DNA of 63,861 bases, filler included, from Licmophora abbreviata (lineage: Eukaryota): assembly GCA_900291995.1 (NCBI GenBank). It is 16 parts of 16 records of this genome, joined end to end, with 100 filler letters (N's around TTAATTAATTAA, not from the genome) between each part and the next. Parts side by side here need not be neighbours in the genome. Positions count along the whole stretch, not along the records: positions 1 to 9,246 come from OLMU01001580.1; positions 9,347 to 10,701 come from OLMU01001584.1; positions 10,802 to 12,073 come from OLMU01001585.1; 13 more parts are not named here. One strand, written 5' to 3'. The notes under the pieces are model-generated. The model was not told where the DNA came from. It made no database searches and was given only the letters and a program-made list of their open reading frames with translations. The stretch's first letter is position 1. The number at the start of each line of letters is the position of its first letter. Below are positions 1 through 11,140 of this stretch, one piece after another. The position numbers and the translations under genes are program-made.

Positions 1-300
1 CTTTCACAAAAATAGGTGGCGCGCTCATCTTTTCGGACAGAGATCCATGACTCAATTTCTAAATTCAGTCACGGACTGACTCATCCGCTTCACCCCATTC
101 TCATGAGCACTGTCTATCCATGTTGAGGTCAATGTGTGCCGGTAGCCGTGGACTTAGCGTCTGGAAAGGCGAAGAACGAGAAAGAGTCGAGTCATCACAA
201 CACCTCACAATTTGAAGCGCTCATGTTTGCCCTCAAGAATCTTCCATCGCTTGGTCAACTTCGCATCACAAACGCTTTCTGGACATCAAATCGACGCAAC

Positions 301-1131
301 ATGACATCCCTCTCTGGATCACCCACGCTCTCCCTGGTCTCTCCTGGCCAGTGTCAGTTCACCGAGAACTTTCAGTCTGTCCCATTGCTGGAACGGACAA
401 AAGTATCTCCCACTTCCAGTGTTCTTCGCTTTGGACTCCCCGACTCATCCAAGCCTCTCAATCTTTCCACGTGCGCCTGCATTCTGGCCAAGGCCGACCT
501 GCCTGACCGCCAGGGCCAAGTGGAGCCGGTAATTCGCCCCTATACACCCATTAGTACCAACGGTGACGTCGGATACTTTGACTTGCTCATCAAGGACTAT
601 GGAGAGCAGGGTCGCTTGTCTACGTACCTCACGGAACAACTCAGTGTTGGAGATTCGATCGAATTCAAGCACATTGCGTTCAACGTCAAGATCCAGGCTC
701 CGTTCCATCAGAGTCACATTGGCATGCTGGTGGGAGGTACTGGTATCACACCCATGGTGCAGGCTCTTCATGCCATACTGGGCGATCCTGCATCCACGAC
801 TCGAGCAACAATGTTGTACGGCAGTAGAGTCAGTGGCGACATTCTGGGTCAAGAGTTGCTGGATCAGTGGAATACCAATTCGGACCGACTCTCCGTGACG
901 CACGTCTTGTCCCACGAACCCGAAGACTCCAAGTGGAAGGGTGCTCGCGGACACATGAACCGTGAGTTGATCTCCAAGTACATGCCGTCGCCGGACGACA
1001 AGGATGGGATCATCTTCATATGCGGTCCTCCTCCCATGTACGATGCCCTCTGCGGTCCTCGTGACTCGAAAGAAGTGTCGGGGCTCTTAGCCGAGATGGG
1101 TTACAGCTCTGAGCAGGTGTACAAATTCTAA
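301..1131 (+). CDS. NADH-cytochrome b5 reductase (FNR family), apparently lacking a membrane anchor
   Basis: RPYTPIS FAD motif, GMLVGGTGITPM NADH motif, ICGPPPM and C-terminal VYKF. ATG at 301 taken as the likely start. Confidence 0.9.
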   Translation: MTSLSGSPTLSLVSPGQCQFTENFQSVPLLERTKVSPTSSVLRFGLPDSSKPLNLSTCACILAKADLPDRQGQVEPVIRPYTPISTNGDVGYFDLLIKDYGEQGRLSTYLTEQLSVGDSIEFKHIAFNVKIQAPFHQSHIGMLVGGTGITPMVQALHAILGDPASTTRATMLYGSRVSGDILGQELLDQWNTNSDRLSVTHVLSHEPEDSKWKGARGHMNRELISKYMPSPDDKDGIIFICGPPPMYDALCGPRDSKEVSGLLAEMGYSSEQVYKF

Positions 1132-1207
1132 GTATGGAGTAATAAAAAAAGACTTATTCTACTATAAACTACAATTTCTGCAGTGGTCTCATCAGTGATG
1201 CTCGTCT

Positions 1208-2272
1208 TTACGGAATATAGTTGTCCGACGCGGAACAGTTTCTCCAATCGGGTGTCGGCAGCGGCTGGTAATCGCTGGTGCCGTGAGTCGTTGCATTGGA
1301 AGCTTCCGCTTGGGCCGTCAAGAAGCAATGCAAAAAGGGACATCCGCCGTCGTTGACGCTCACAAAAAAGCCATAGGCACACGTCAGTGGCGGATCTCTG
1401 CCATACGCTGCAATGCCATTGATGTAGAGGCCCCAGCAGTAGGCTAGAGCAACACGACTCCACCACGTGTTGTAGTTGCAGTGCATGCCCAAGAGCAGTC
1501 CCGCATACCAGTGATGGAAATGAAAGTTCGGGTTGGCTACTTGCGGTACCAAAAACAGCAACACTGTCAGCATTATTTCGACCATCTTGACTACCAATCC
1601 GTTTGTTCGAATGGCATATCGAACGTGCTTGTACACCAACACCGCGACGAGTGCCACTACCAGCACAACATAGAACCACAGGGCGTAGGGCCATATACAG
1701 CGGATAGAATAAAGTGACACGGAGTACTGCAGAAACGAAAAACTCATGGCCCACGACGGATACAAGCCTCCCAACAAGGCAGTACAGACCCACGCCAAAT
1801 GGTCGACACCCCGTTGCTGGTACATCCTTCCTACGACATAGAAGGCAAGCATGTCCAGCACTATCCAGTTTCCATCGTACAGTAGCAAATCACTCAAAGT
1901 GTAGTCCATATCGCGCTCGAGATTGGCCCATCGTACGTAAAAGTGGACAAACACGAGCATGACGGCCGTGACACAAAAGAACTTCCAAAATCGCACCGCC
2001 TCGACGCCATCCAGGATTCGAACGTCGCGAAAGGTAAAACACGTATCGGGAAGAAGCGTTCTATGAAGAATTCTTTCCCATGAGCGCGAAGGCTCATCTG
2101 CTGTAAGTGCAGTGTCAGATGCGAGACATGGAGGATCCTGGTGCTGGGGATCTTCCGCGTCGTCGTCGTCGGGCGCGCGACCGACGAGTTCGTAGTTTCC
2201 TTTCGTTTTGTTTCGAGGTACAATCACCGCATCCTCTTCAGGTTCGTTCGGGTGACGTTGGTGAGACGGCAT
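1208..2272 (-). CDS. Multi-pass membrane protein of unknown function
   Basis: 354-aa ATG ORF with several hydrophobic segments and an FHFHHW motif. Confidence 0.7.
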   Translation of the reverse strand: MPSHQRHPNEPEEDAVIVPRNKTKGNYELVGRAPDDDDAEDPQHQDPPCLASDTALTADEPSRSWERILHRTLLPDTCFTFRDVRILDGVEAVRFWKFFCVTAVMLVFVHFYVRWANLERDMDYTLSDLLLYDGNWIVLDMLAFYVVGRMYQQRGVDHLAWVCTALLGGLYPSWAMSFSFLQYSVSLYSIRCIWPYALWFYVVLVVALVAVLVYKHVRYAIRTNGLVVKMVEIMLTVLLFLVPQVANPNFHFHHWYAGLLLGMHCNYNTWWSRVALAYCWGLYINGIAAYGRDPPLTCAYGFFVSVNDGGCPFLHCFLTAQAEASNATTHGTSDYQPLPTPDWRNCSASDNYIP

Positions 2273-2590
2273 GATGATCTAAATATACGAGGAGAACGGA
2301 GTCTTGTCTGCTCTCAGTCAGCATCCCATGGACGACATCTTTCGGAAAGCTGTGAGAAAGTGCCATTTGTCATCTTTGTAGAATGCCTACTGATGTCACG
2401 TATGTAGGGATGTACGCAGTTTCCGTACCTACTAGGAAACGAGGTTTTGAGCTAGTATCAGAGGAAAGGATAAGAGGAGCTCGCATTTCTCTCCAGTACT
2501 GAAACATACGTGCCATCTACGTTGACTGCGGAAGAGAGGCTGTGATGGCCCTTCACTTTTTTCTGTGACTGTTTTGTTGTTGTTGTCACC

Positions 2591-3179
2591 ATGATCATGT
2601 CGTCGTCTGTATTGTTCTTCTTGTTTCTGGCCATTTTCGCCACCACGGTCGTCGCCATTCCTCCTCCAGGATCGACGTCGAGCAGTAGCTGTCCAACCTC
2701 GTTTTTCGGAGTTCCAAAAGGCAAAAAGGCACTCAGTGTCCGAGGGGGCATGGTCCACGAACCAGGAACCTTGGAGGATGTCGAGAGTCTCTTGCTCAAG
2801 GCAGGGTCGAATCAACAGCTCGTTGTTATTGATTTCAGCGCAACCTGGTACGAAAGCGATTAGAGTGACAATGGAGCGTGCGTGGGCGCTGCTTGATCTC
2901 CGTCATCGCTGACACGCATCGCTTTTTGTATTTTCTACTTGCTTTCTTTATAGGTGCGGGCCCTGCAAAATCATCGCACCTCTCTTTGAAGAACTCAGCG
3001 AGACCGTGTCGGACGTTCTCTTTATCAAGGTGGATGTCGACGAGAACCCTGATACGGCTGCCAAATACAGTGTGAGTGCCATGCCGACATTCGTCTTTGT
3101 CAAGGGTGGCGAGGTCGTGGATAGATTGATGGGGGCCAACCCGGCGCGTCTTCAAGAGCTTATTGACGAACACAAGTAA
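2591..3179 (+). CDS. Thioredoxin with N-terminal signal peptide (2 exons)
   Basis: Removing GT-AG intron 2848-2953 restores VVIDFSATWCGPCK. Exon 2 has FIKVDVDE and SAMPTF. Stop TAA at 3177-3179. Confidence 0.93.
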
Positions 3180-3295
3180 ACAATTTTTACGGCTAACGAT
3201 GAAACCAGGACTACCATAGCAGAAACTAGACTTGACTCTCGCGCTGTGCTCCTAGTAGAGAGAGTTTTTTATCGATTGTAGAGAGCATCGATGAT

Positions 3296-4814
3296 CTATC
3301 GCCTCTCAAACAAGTAATGCGACACAATCCACTCTTCACCCTTGTCAAGACCCCACAGTTCGGCGCACGCCAAGAAGAAAAGCCTCCAGTTCACGTACCA
3401 TTCGCGTTCACGACCCTTGCCATAGGCTTCAGCGAGAACCGGCTGGAGTTGATTGCTCTTCCACGCCTTGTCCAGCATATCCAACCAGCCATTCGACGTC
3501 TTTTCATAGTGAGTACCACACACACGCCAGTGCTGTTTCACGCCAAAGTCGCGGGCAAAGTAGAGTAGCAGATCATCGCTCGGCATGGTCCCACCGGAAA
3601 AGAATGTTTGAGACATCCATCCCTCGTCGAAGTGATACGTGTAATCGCGGTGCGTGAAAATGTGCACAAAGAGTTTGCCGGATGGTTTGAGGAAGCCATG
3701 GACCTTCTTCAGCAGAGTTTGGTAGTTCTTCATGTGTTCGAACCTGTGAGAGTAAAGTACACCAGCACATCCATGAGCGAACGGGAAGATAGAGCGATAA
3801 GAGGTTGACAGCCTCGCTTACATTTCGATCGTCATGACTCGATCGTTACCCTTGACCACATCGAGAGCGCCCTTGTCGTCTGCAACGTTGCACTGTTCGT
3901 AACGACGAAACATTCGATCACAATGATAATGAGACGAGTCGATGTCACTCTAACAATTTCATCACAAGAGGTACTCACCGTGATGACGTTAATGTTCTGT
4001 ACATTGTACCCACGAGCCTTGGCTGTACTGAGAATGTACTCGCGTTGACTGTGGGAGTTGGAGATGGAAGTAATCTTGGCATTCGGGTACTTTTCCGCCA
4101 AGTGCAACGAAAGCGAGCCCCACTGCCAAAAGAAAAAACAAAGAAAAACGGAGGTACACGATCGACTCAACACATGTAAGCAACGATTGATTCATTGGAG
4201 CAGACTGTCAAAAACATGGTTCTCTCCGATGTTAAAATGCGAAGATGTATACGTACTCCACATCCCAAGTCGACAATCTTCATGCCGTCTTTCAAGTCGG
4301 CACGCTCGCAGTAAAGATCCAACATGGCGATCTCCGATTCTTCAAAGGTCGTCGTCTTGCTCAGCCACAGTCCACTCGAGTACTTTTTACGGGGACCCAA
4401 GCAGAGATCATAAAACTTGGCGGGGACTTCGTAATGCTGTTCATTGGCCAAGTCCGTGTCAATGGCAATGGGCATGTTGGTGAGTTCCCCGACAATCTTC
4501 AATTTCTGACTCAGCTCATCTTCACACGTCTTGCTCTTTAACTGAACAAGATGATCACGGAGCTGGAGACGAATACCGAAACGAATAAGAAAATCAGGAA
4601 CAATTCCAGTGTATATCAATGGAATGAACGCCTCGGAAGTTTGCGACAGAAGATTCAGAACCCTGTCGCTCAATGTTCGATAGAAGGACGTCGACTTGAG
4701 AGATCGAAATACCCCGTAGAGCACGAGTACATGATGAGGCCGCACATCGCGATAGCTAGAGCCCTTGGGGGGCAGCAGCAGCGACCGAGTCGCATCAATC
4801 AGCGAAGCCATCAT
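3296..4814 (-). CDS. SAM-dependent methyltransferase, cyclopropane-fatty-acid synthase / coclaurine N-methyltransferase-like (4 exons)
   Basis: Introns 4123-4256, 3893-3978 and 3744-3821 join ANEQHYEVP, KYSSGLW, DLGCGWGS, IEMFEHMKNY and WRLFFLACAELWG. Confidence 0.9.
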
Positions 4815-5167
4815 GGTCAAGCAAAGATATGCTTGCTCGGAACTTTCGAACGCTTTTTGTTGGTTTTGCGTGATGACGACGAAAGCGACTGACGTACGCA
4901 CGCTACGGATTTGGGATGAACGCGAGGTCTCGAGCTCTACTAAAAGCACAGTTTCGTAGTTTCACAGAAAAAGGGTCATCACAAAAAAGCAAAAAAGGTC
5001 TCTATCGCGATCACATCACGGCAAAACTTCAAACACATCTGCCCGCTTAGTTGCATTTATCAATAGTCGGCGAGTTGTACTCTTGTGGCCTTCCTGCCAT
5101 CGTTTTTGTTCCTTTATCCCCCTCGGTCTTTCCCTATTTATGACACATTGGCTCTGACAACGCAAGG

Positions 5168-7648
5168 ATGCTGGTGGTACCATTGAGGGCGCCGCAGCCG
5201 CTCGATTTGAAACGTTGTTTGGCCGACTGGCTCGATAGCTCTCAGGCTTGTGACTTTGCTTCGGCGGAAGTCATGGACGATCTCAAGCGACTTTCGATTA
5301 TGCGGAACAGGCTCTGTGATGCTGGACGAGATCCTGCTTCTGCTATACGCATATTACCAACATATATGGACTATCATGCCGCCTTGCTCGAATGTGAAGC
5401 CCGAGGATTTCCAACGCAGGACACTCTTGACACACGACGATGTCTACCTCTAACCTGGGACTCCATGTTTCCCAACAAGAGTCCTCAAGAAACCTACCAT
5501 AATCTCACTTGGGAGCGATCGAATGTGTTGTGGAATGTCGCAGCGTTACAGTCCTTCCGGGCTTCTCAACAGAGTACCACCAAGGCCGGATGGAAGCAAT
5601 CGGCTCAGATGTTTCAAGAGGCCGCTTCCACCATGCGGCACTTGCGCGAATTGAATCTCTCCTATGGACGGGACTTTGCATCGGCTACCTTTTGGGAACT
5701 TTGCTATTTGGCCGAAGCTCAGATCGCCACTTACTACCTGGCACTATCCAGTCCTAGGCCACAGCATTATCTCTTGGCCAAGCTGGCAATTGCGGCCGTG
5801 CCTGTGTGGAACGACGCTGTCGAAACTTGTGAGACTCTTCCAAATTCATGGGATTGGAAACAGTACTGTCATGGTTGGAGTGTTTATATTGCTGCCGCGG
5901 CGGAATATCACGAAGCCTGCCATCACAAGGCCAAGGGACAGCATGGGATGGAGCTTGCGCGTTTGGAACGTGCACGCGAGTACAGCGTCCTGTGCCAGGA
6001 GTTCGTCTACAGCAGCAGTATCTCGCACCTTACATCACTGGCGTATTTAAAAGATCAGTTGGTGCCCATGATTCAGTTGATTCGGGATTGTCAGATGGAT
6101 GCGCAACAGAAGAATCAATACTCGCAACAACTTGTTCCTGACGAAGTAAGGGAGATTGTTGGTGAGCTCGTTCCCAAATCAAATCACCCGCTTGCATCAG
6201 AGATGAAAACGCCACAGAGTATGTTTGGCAGTGTACTAGCCGCCAACGCAAGACGGGCGGTCGAGTCATTTACACACCAGTTGGATCGTCTTGTCTTTGA
6301 AATAACGGGCGATGTCGAAGAAAATACGGAGGCAGGTCGCAAAACCCTGGCGGAGGTCAATCTGCCTCACTCTCTCACAACATACGAGCAAGAACAGTCG
6401 GGTGGCGGCATCCCCATGGAGCTCTGGGGTCGAATCGACGATATACAAAGATATCGGCGAATTCCCTTGCTCAAGCAGGATCTGTGGAATCTACGAGATG
6501 CTGCGGATGAGGCTCAGATGCTTTTTCGAAGGATCTCGGACCAGCTCAAGGATGACGTCGAGCTCGACCGACTGTTTCGCGACCAGCATCCATCCTTTCA
6601 AGGACACAATGTCGTGGAGGTACAACGCACCTTTGATTCGTCATTGGAAAATTACAGAACGCTCCTTGCCAAGTCGCGCGAGGGTGACGAGGTGTTGATT
6701 CGGAGGGTCGATCGGTTGGACCTGGACTCGAGATTCAAGTTGCTGCAATACGATAAGTCTCGATTAGACCGACTTCTCCCGGCAAGAGATAGCACCAATG
6801 GAGGGATTGATACATCTCGCTTACGGCGATTGTTGGTGGAGTTATCTGCTCTGTATAGCGAACGAAAAGATTTGCTAAAGGCTTTCAAGGAGGCCGCCAA
6901 CTCGTATAACATTCGAGCCACTATCGTGGAACTGGACCCCAACAGCAGCGATGTGGATACGGCATACGAAAGCATTGTTCGAGCCGCTCTGCGATCATTC
7001 GATGGATTCGTGTACGACATTCGATTCAACCTTGACAAGCAAGTCGGTCTGGTGGACAAGATCATGGAGGAGAACGATCGATTCATGTCTGCTCAGGAAG
7101 CAATTGACGGCTCGGCTGCCATGTCGAGCGACAATTGCATCGTGCAAATCGAAGATGCGATGGAACAGTTGGATCAGCTAGCAAAGCATCTGAAGGAAGG
7201 AAATGGCTTCTACAAGGTCATCATGCCCAAGCTGAATGACCTAGAGGAACAAGTGAGCAACGTCAGCACTCGACTGGCAGTGGAACGGCTCGAATACCAA
7301 GATCAGTCATCCGGTGGCTCGGACACGTTGCGTCGGAAGCAGGAAGAAGAGGACGCTCGTTTCGCCGCCCAGCTTGCAGGTAACTCGTCCGGTGCGCAAG
7401 GAGCACACGAGCAACCGAAGGCTGATCCCCGCCTCAGTGTTCCAATGCACACCTCGCGAGACCATACTCCTCCGCCATCTCGGCCTGGTGCCATGTCGGT
7501 TTCTCACGAAGTTCCTCAAATACGCGTCGACGACGAAAAGGTTGCCAGTCTTGTTGCCATGGACTTTGAGCCTGACAAGGTGGTGCAAGCTCTTCGAACA
7601 CACGATAACAACGTGGAGCAGGCTCTGAACGATCTATTGATGAATTGA
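5168..7648 (+). CDS. ALIX/Bro1-family ESCRT adaptor (BRO1 + V domain + C-terminal UBA-like domain)
   Basis: 826-aa ORF with BRO1-like LTWDSM..ERSNVLWNVAAL, V-domain end EGNGFY and UBA-like LVAMDF..ALRTHDNNVEQALNDLL. Confidence 0.85.
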   Translation: MLVVPLRAPQPLDLKRCLADWLDSSQACDFASAEVMDDLKRLSIMRNRLCDAGRDPASAIRILPTYMDYHAALLECEARGFPTQDTLDTRRCLPLTWDSMFPNKSPQETYHNLTWERSNVLWNVAALQSFRASQQSTTKAGWKQSAQMFQEAASTMRHLRELNLSYGRDFASATFWELCYLAEAQIATYYLALSSPRPQHYLLAKLAIAAVPVWNDAVETCETLPNSWDWKQYCHGWSVYIAAAAEYHEACHHKAKGQHGMELARLERAREYSVLCQEFVYSSSISHLTSLAYLKDQLVPMIQLIRDCQMDAQQKNQYSQQLVPDEVREIVGELVPKSNHPLASEMKTPQSMFGSVLAANARRAVESFTHQLDRLVFEITGDVEENTEAGRKTLAEVNLPHSLTTYEQEQSGGGIPMELWGRIDDIQRYRRIPLLKQDLWNLRDAADEAQMLFRRISDQLKDDVELDRLFRDQHPSFQGHNVVEVQRTFDSSLENYRTLLAKSREGDEVLIRRVDRLDLDSRFKLLQYDKSRLDRLLPARDSTNGGIDTSRLRRLLVELSALYSERKDLLKAFKEAANSYNIRATIVELDPNSSDVDTAYESIVRAALRSFDGFVYDIRFNLDKQVGLVDKIMEENDRFMSAQEAIDGSAAMSSDNCIVQIEDAMEQLDQLAKHLKEGNGFYKVIMPKLNDLEEQVSNVSTRLAVERLEYQDQSSGGSDTLRRKQEEEDARFAAQLAGNSSGAQGAHEQPKADPRLSVPMHTSRDHTPPPSRPGAMSVSHEVPQIRVDDEKVASLVAMDFEPDKVVQALRTHDNNVEQALNDLLMN

Positions 7649-7850
7649 ATAATGTGGAAGATTTTGATGGGACTAAAGTGTTCGATGTAATCGATACGAA
7701 GTGCGAGCACAGAAGTGATTGTAAAAGAATGTTATCGAGTTTGATGGCATAGTCTGTAGACGTCTCGACAGGGATTCTGTATGACAAGAATTGAGCAAGA
7801 TCCGTATCCAACGCGGCTTCTTGTCGACCCCTAGGTTTCCTCCCCGGCCC

Positions 7851-8728
7851 TCACTTGTTTGTGGTGTCATCAGCATTCTCATTCGCAGTCTCACTCTCGG
7901 CAGCAGAAGAAGTAGCCCCATGAAGTATGGACTGGATCGGCGTGGTGACGCGCATCAAGAGCTGCGCAAAGAGGCCTTGCGCCGCCGTGGCGCTCTCTTG
8001 CAGTCGCATCTGCATCTTGGCACGAAGCTCATCGTTGGAGACGAGATGATGCTGGATGTCGCCTTCGATCGCTTCCATTTGATCGCGCTGAATGTTGTAG
8101 AGATCAGCAGCTGTCTGGAGCAATGCATCGATACTGTTGTGAAGACTCGCATGGCACTCGTCCAGGGCCACGGCAAAGCGGTCGTCGGCAGCCTCCTTGC
8201 GTGCCTGGGCGTCGAGGAAGATTTGAATGTCCTTGCGGGCCGGTTCGTGTTCGGCGAGCTTGTCCCAGTCCAGCGGTTCTTCGTCTTGCTCCACTTCCTC
8301 GTCAACACGCATGTCTTTGGGGTCGACTGCCGTGGGAGATGGCTCGTGGTCGTTCACCAAGGTTCGCTGTTGGAGTGGTGCGTAGGATCCAGTATGCAAT
8401 GTACGCAAAGACCACACAGCGTGAGATCCGAGCGACGTTTGTTGCGATCGTGTCGCTTGCTACACACACACACGGACAAATCACGTACCTCATAGTCCAC
8501 GTTTCCTACTCCATCCTCTCCAATGGGAGACTCGTCGTCGATGCTGCCGTTCGTCCAGATCGTCTCGGCGGTGGCATCGCTGAGGCGCGGTTTCGTCTTC
8601 TTTTTCGTGTAGGGAGTCTTGTTGCTGCTTGACGGCGGAGCGACGAAGAATGGACGATCGTCAGAGCTCACATCATTGTCAGGAGGAGGAGCTTCCGAGG
8701 GAGCTTTGCGGCGAGCGGGAAGAACCAT
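7851..8728 (-). CDS. Hypothetical coiled-coil protein (2 exons)
   Basis: Intron 8367-8488 (GTACGT..CAG) joins two ORFs in frame (DYE|RTLVND). C-terminal half is heptad-like. Confidence 0.65.
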
Positions 8729-8812
8729 TGTGGGAGTCAAGGTGCTTCTTGTAAGAGTATCGAGAATGCAATGATCGTGATGATGGCATCGAACGCGACA
8801 AAGCGTTCCGTT

Positions 8813-8826
8813 TTTGGCGCGCCAAA
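8813..8826. promoter_or_regulatory. Palindromic E2F-like element TTTGGCGCGCCAAA
   Basis: Perfect 14-bp palindrome matching TTTSSCGC on both strands, about 85 bp upstream of the ATG at 8728. Confidence 0.45.
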
Positions 8827-9346
8827 GTTTTGAGAAATCGACTCATTCGACTCATCTGAGTGCGTTGATGTGTTCGGCCCGCGCGATTGACATTTTCAAA
8901 TTCACATCTTTCTCGTTTCTTGCTGGATCGAGGGAACCTACTCGACCCTTGACGATGAGGGCGCCTTGCGTGACTTTCTCAATTACAAAAGCTGACACAT
9001 TTCCTGTGTAGAGGCTTGAAGCATTTTAGGACGATCGTTTGATAGTGAGGTTGATACAAGCTAACAAGCTGGTGGAGACTGACTCTACCCTGCTGGTACA
9101 ACTGACTGGCGACGTCCCGTCACCCGTCACTTTGGAAACAGTTCACTAGTAAGTCACAATCTCTTTTTGCCGTTCCTGTATGCCGTTGGCCCATTTCTCG
9201 CAGGAATTAGCATTCCAGTGAAGCATCATGCCAACGTCTTCTCCCANNNNNNNNNNNNNNNNNNNNNNNNNNNNNNNNNNNNNNNNNNNNTTAATTAATT
9301 AANNNNNNNNNNNNNNNNNNNNNNNNNNNNNNNNNNNNNNNNNNNN

Positions 9347-10569
9347 ATTCTCGGAGGCCTGCGGGGTATTCGTCGCGACAATAATTCGAGCTGTCTCAAC
9401 GCTACCATCGTCCCGGGACAAGTCCCGTATATCCGATTCATCTATCTTTCTTTTCGAAGAGGTAGAATCGGGTGGCATATCCTCGTCGAGTGCTGCGTCT
9501 GTTCCATGAACCAATAGCTGTCTTCTGCCGACAGAGGCTTTGTTCTTGTTCAAGTTGAGAAGAAAGGCCCTGTCGGCAGCGAGTGCTTCTCTCTTATCTC
9601 AAATCTCAAAGTCTGAATTTCCTCATCTAGCTCTCGCAACCTTTCCTGAAAGTACGGGATTGCAGGCACTGTTTTCACAAGTTTTGTCACCTTTCCAGAC
9701 GCCAATTTTTCAGTATTGACATATCTGTGACTCGGTTCTTCGATTCCTTTCATATCCCGCAGCGCTTCTGCGTGCTCGAGATTAAATTGAGATAATTCAC
9801 GTTCTTTCACCAAGGCAGTCAGCTTGGGTATGTCGAGGATGACGAATGCTTGTAGGACCGTATCTTCCGCGAAAATGCGCCGAAAGTAACCGGCAAGAGC
9901 CGCGTCACTCCTCCAGCGCTCCGGAATTCCTGATACGTGAATTGCGTAGTTCCGAGGCTCCTTGCGAGACAACCAACGATCCCGCATCTTTGCAAACCAC
10001 TGGCATTCCTGCCAGACGATGTACATGCTGTAACCGAAAATAAAATAGGCGGCCACGGCAGTGGCCGTGTATCGGGGGGACCCCTCCGGTAAGTTCGAAG
10101 ACGTCAATACATACCAGTTGTCTACCACTGCAGTTTCACCGGTGTCAGGGTCTTCGACCTCGTCCGAATCAGCGGTAGCGTAGAGAGGAAGCAGAAATAG
10201 GCTGCAAAAGATTCCAGCCATCGACATGCGAAAGCCCATACGAAAGATCCGCAACAAACAGACTGCGTCCATTCCGCATTGCTCGAATATCTCGTCTTCG
10301 GACGCCTCCATGACTTTCCATATCCAGCTGACTCTGCCGTGAGCGTTTTCACAGAGCTTGCAGTGCAGACGTGACACATTGTTGCGTACGTTGTAAACTA
10401 CCGGGAATCGGAGGCGGACAAGGCAGAAACCAACCGAAAAGATGCCAAAGAGGATGCTGTACAGAATTAGCGTTGTCTGCAGAGCGGCCCAGTTGGCCGT
10501 ATTTTCGTCCTCCATGTTGTCCTCTTGCAGCAGTCGCCCAGTCACCATTCTGGAGTATCTCATATCCAT
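9347..10569 (-). CDS. OSCA/TMEM63 (CSC1-like) channel, N-terminal part; apparent frameshift near 9555 and truncated by a gap
   Basis: TM1, VYNVR, SWIWKV..EDEIFEQCGMDAVCLLR, LLPLYAT, LTSSNL and YAIHVSGIP match the RSN1_TM/cytosolic region. Confidence 0.85.
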
Positions 10570-11140
10570 AGTTGGCTACCGAGGAAGGGAGTCTAGCGTT
10601 CAAGCAATTTTAACTTCTAATTTGCTGAAAAAAAGACGAAGGAGACTGATGCAGGGGGGCGTGGTGTGTCTTCTGGTGTGGTGTTTCGGTGTTAATTGTT
10701 GNNNNNNNNNNNNNNNNNNNNNNNNNNNNNNNNNNNNNNNNNNNNTTAATTAATTAANNNNNNNNNNNNNNNNNNNNNNNNNNNNNNNNNNNNNNNNNNN
10801 NATGTCGTCAGATGATGTCGCAGCGACATGGAAATATGTGGTACGACTGACTCGACTCAACTCGAAAAGTATAGTCCCTACGATTTCGATTGCTTTGTCT
10901 CTATCATGTGTTTGTTGCATGATGTGTCCATACTGTGCCGAATCAATCTACTGCAGGTAAGATAAGCGCAGAGCATGATGCTGCAGTAGGGGTAAGATTT
11001 ATGTCGTCTATAGTAGCTTTTGTGCGCTGCATGAGCTAACTCGTTCCTTCTCTTTCGTCCCGCCATCGGCCCCCGCTTGAACGTCAACGTCACAACGGAC
11101 GTTCCCAAGCTTCGAGTGAGACGTGGGACGGCTCTGTTGA

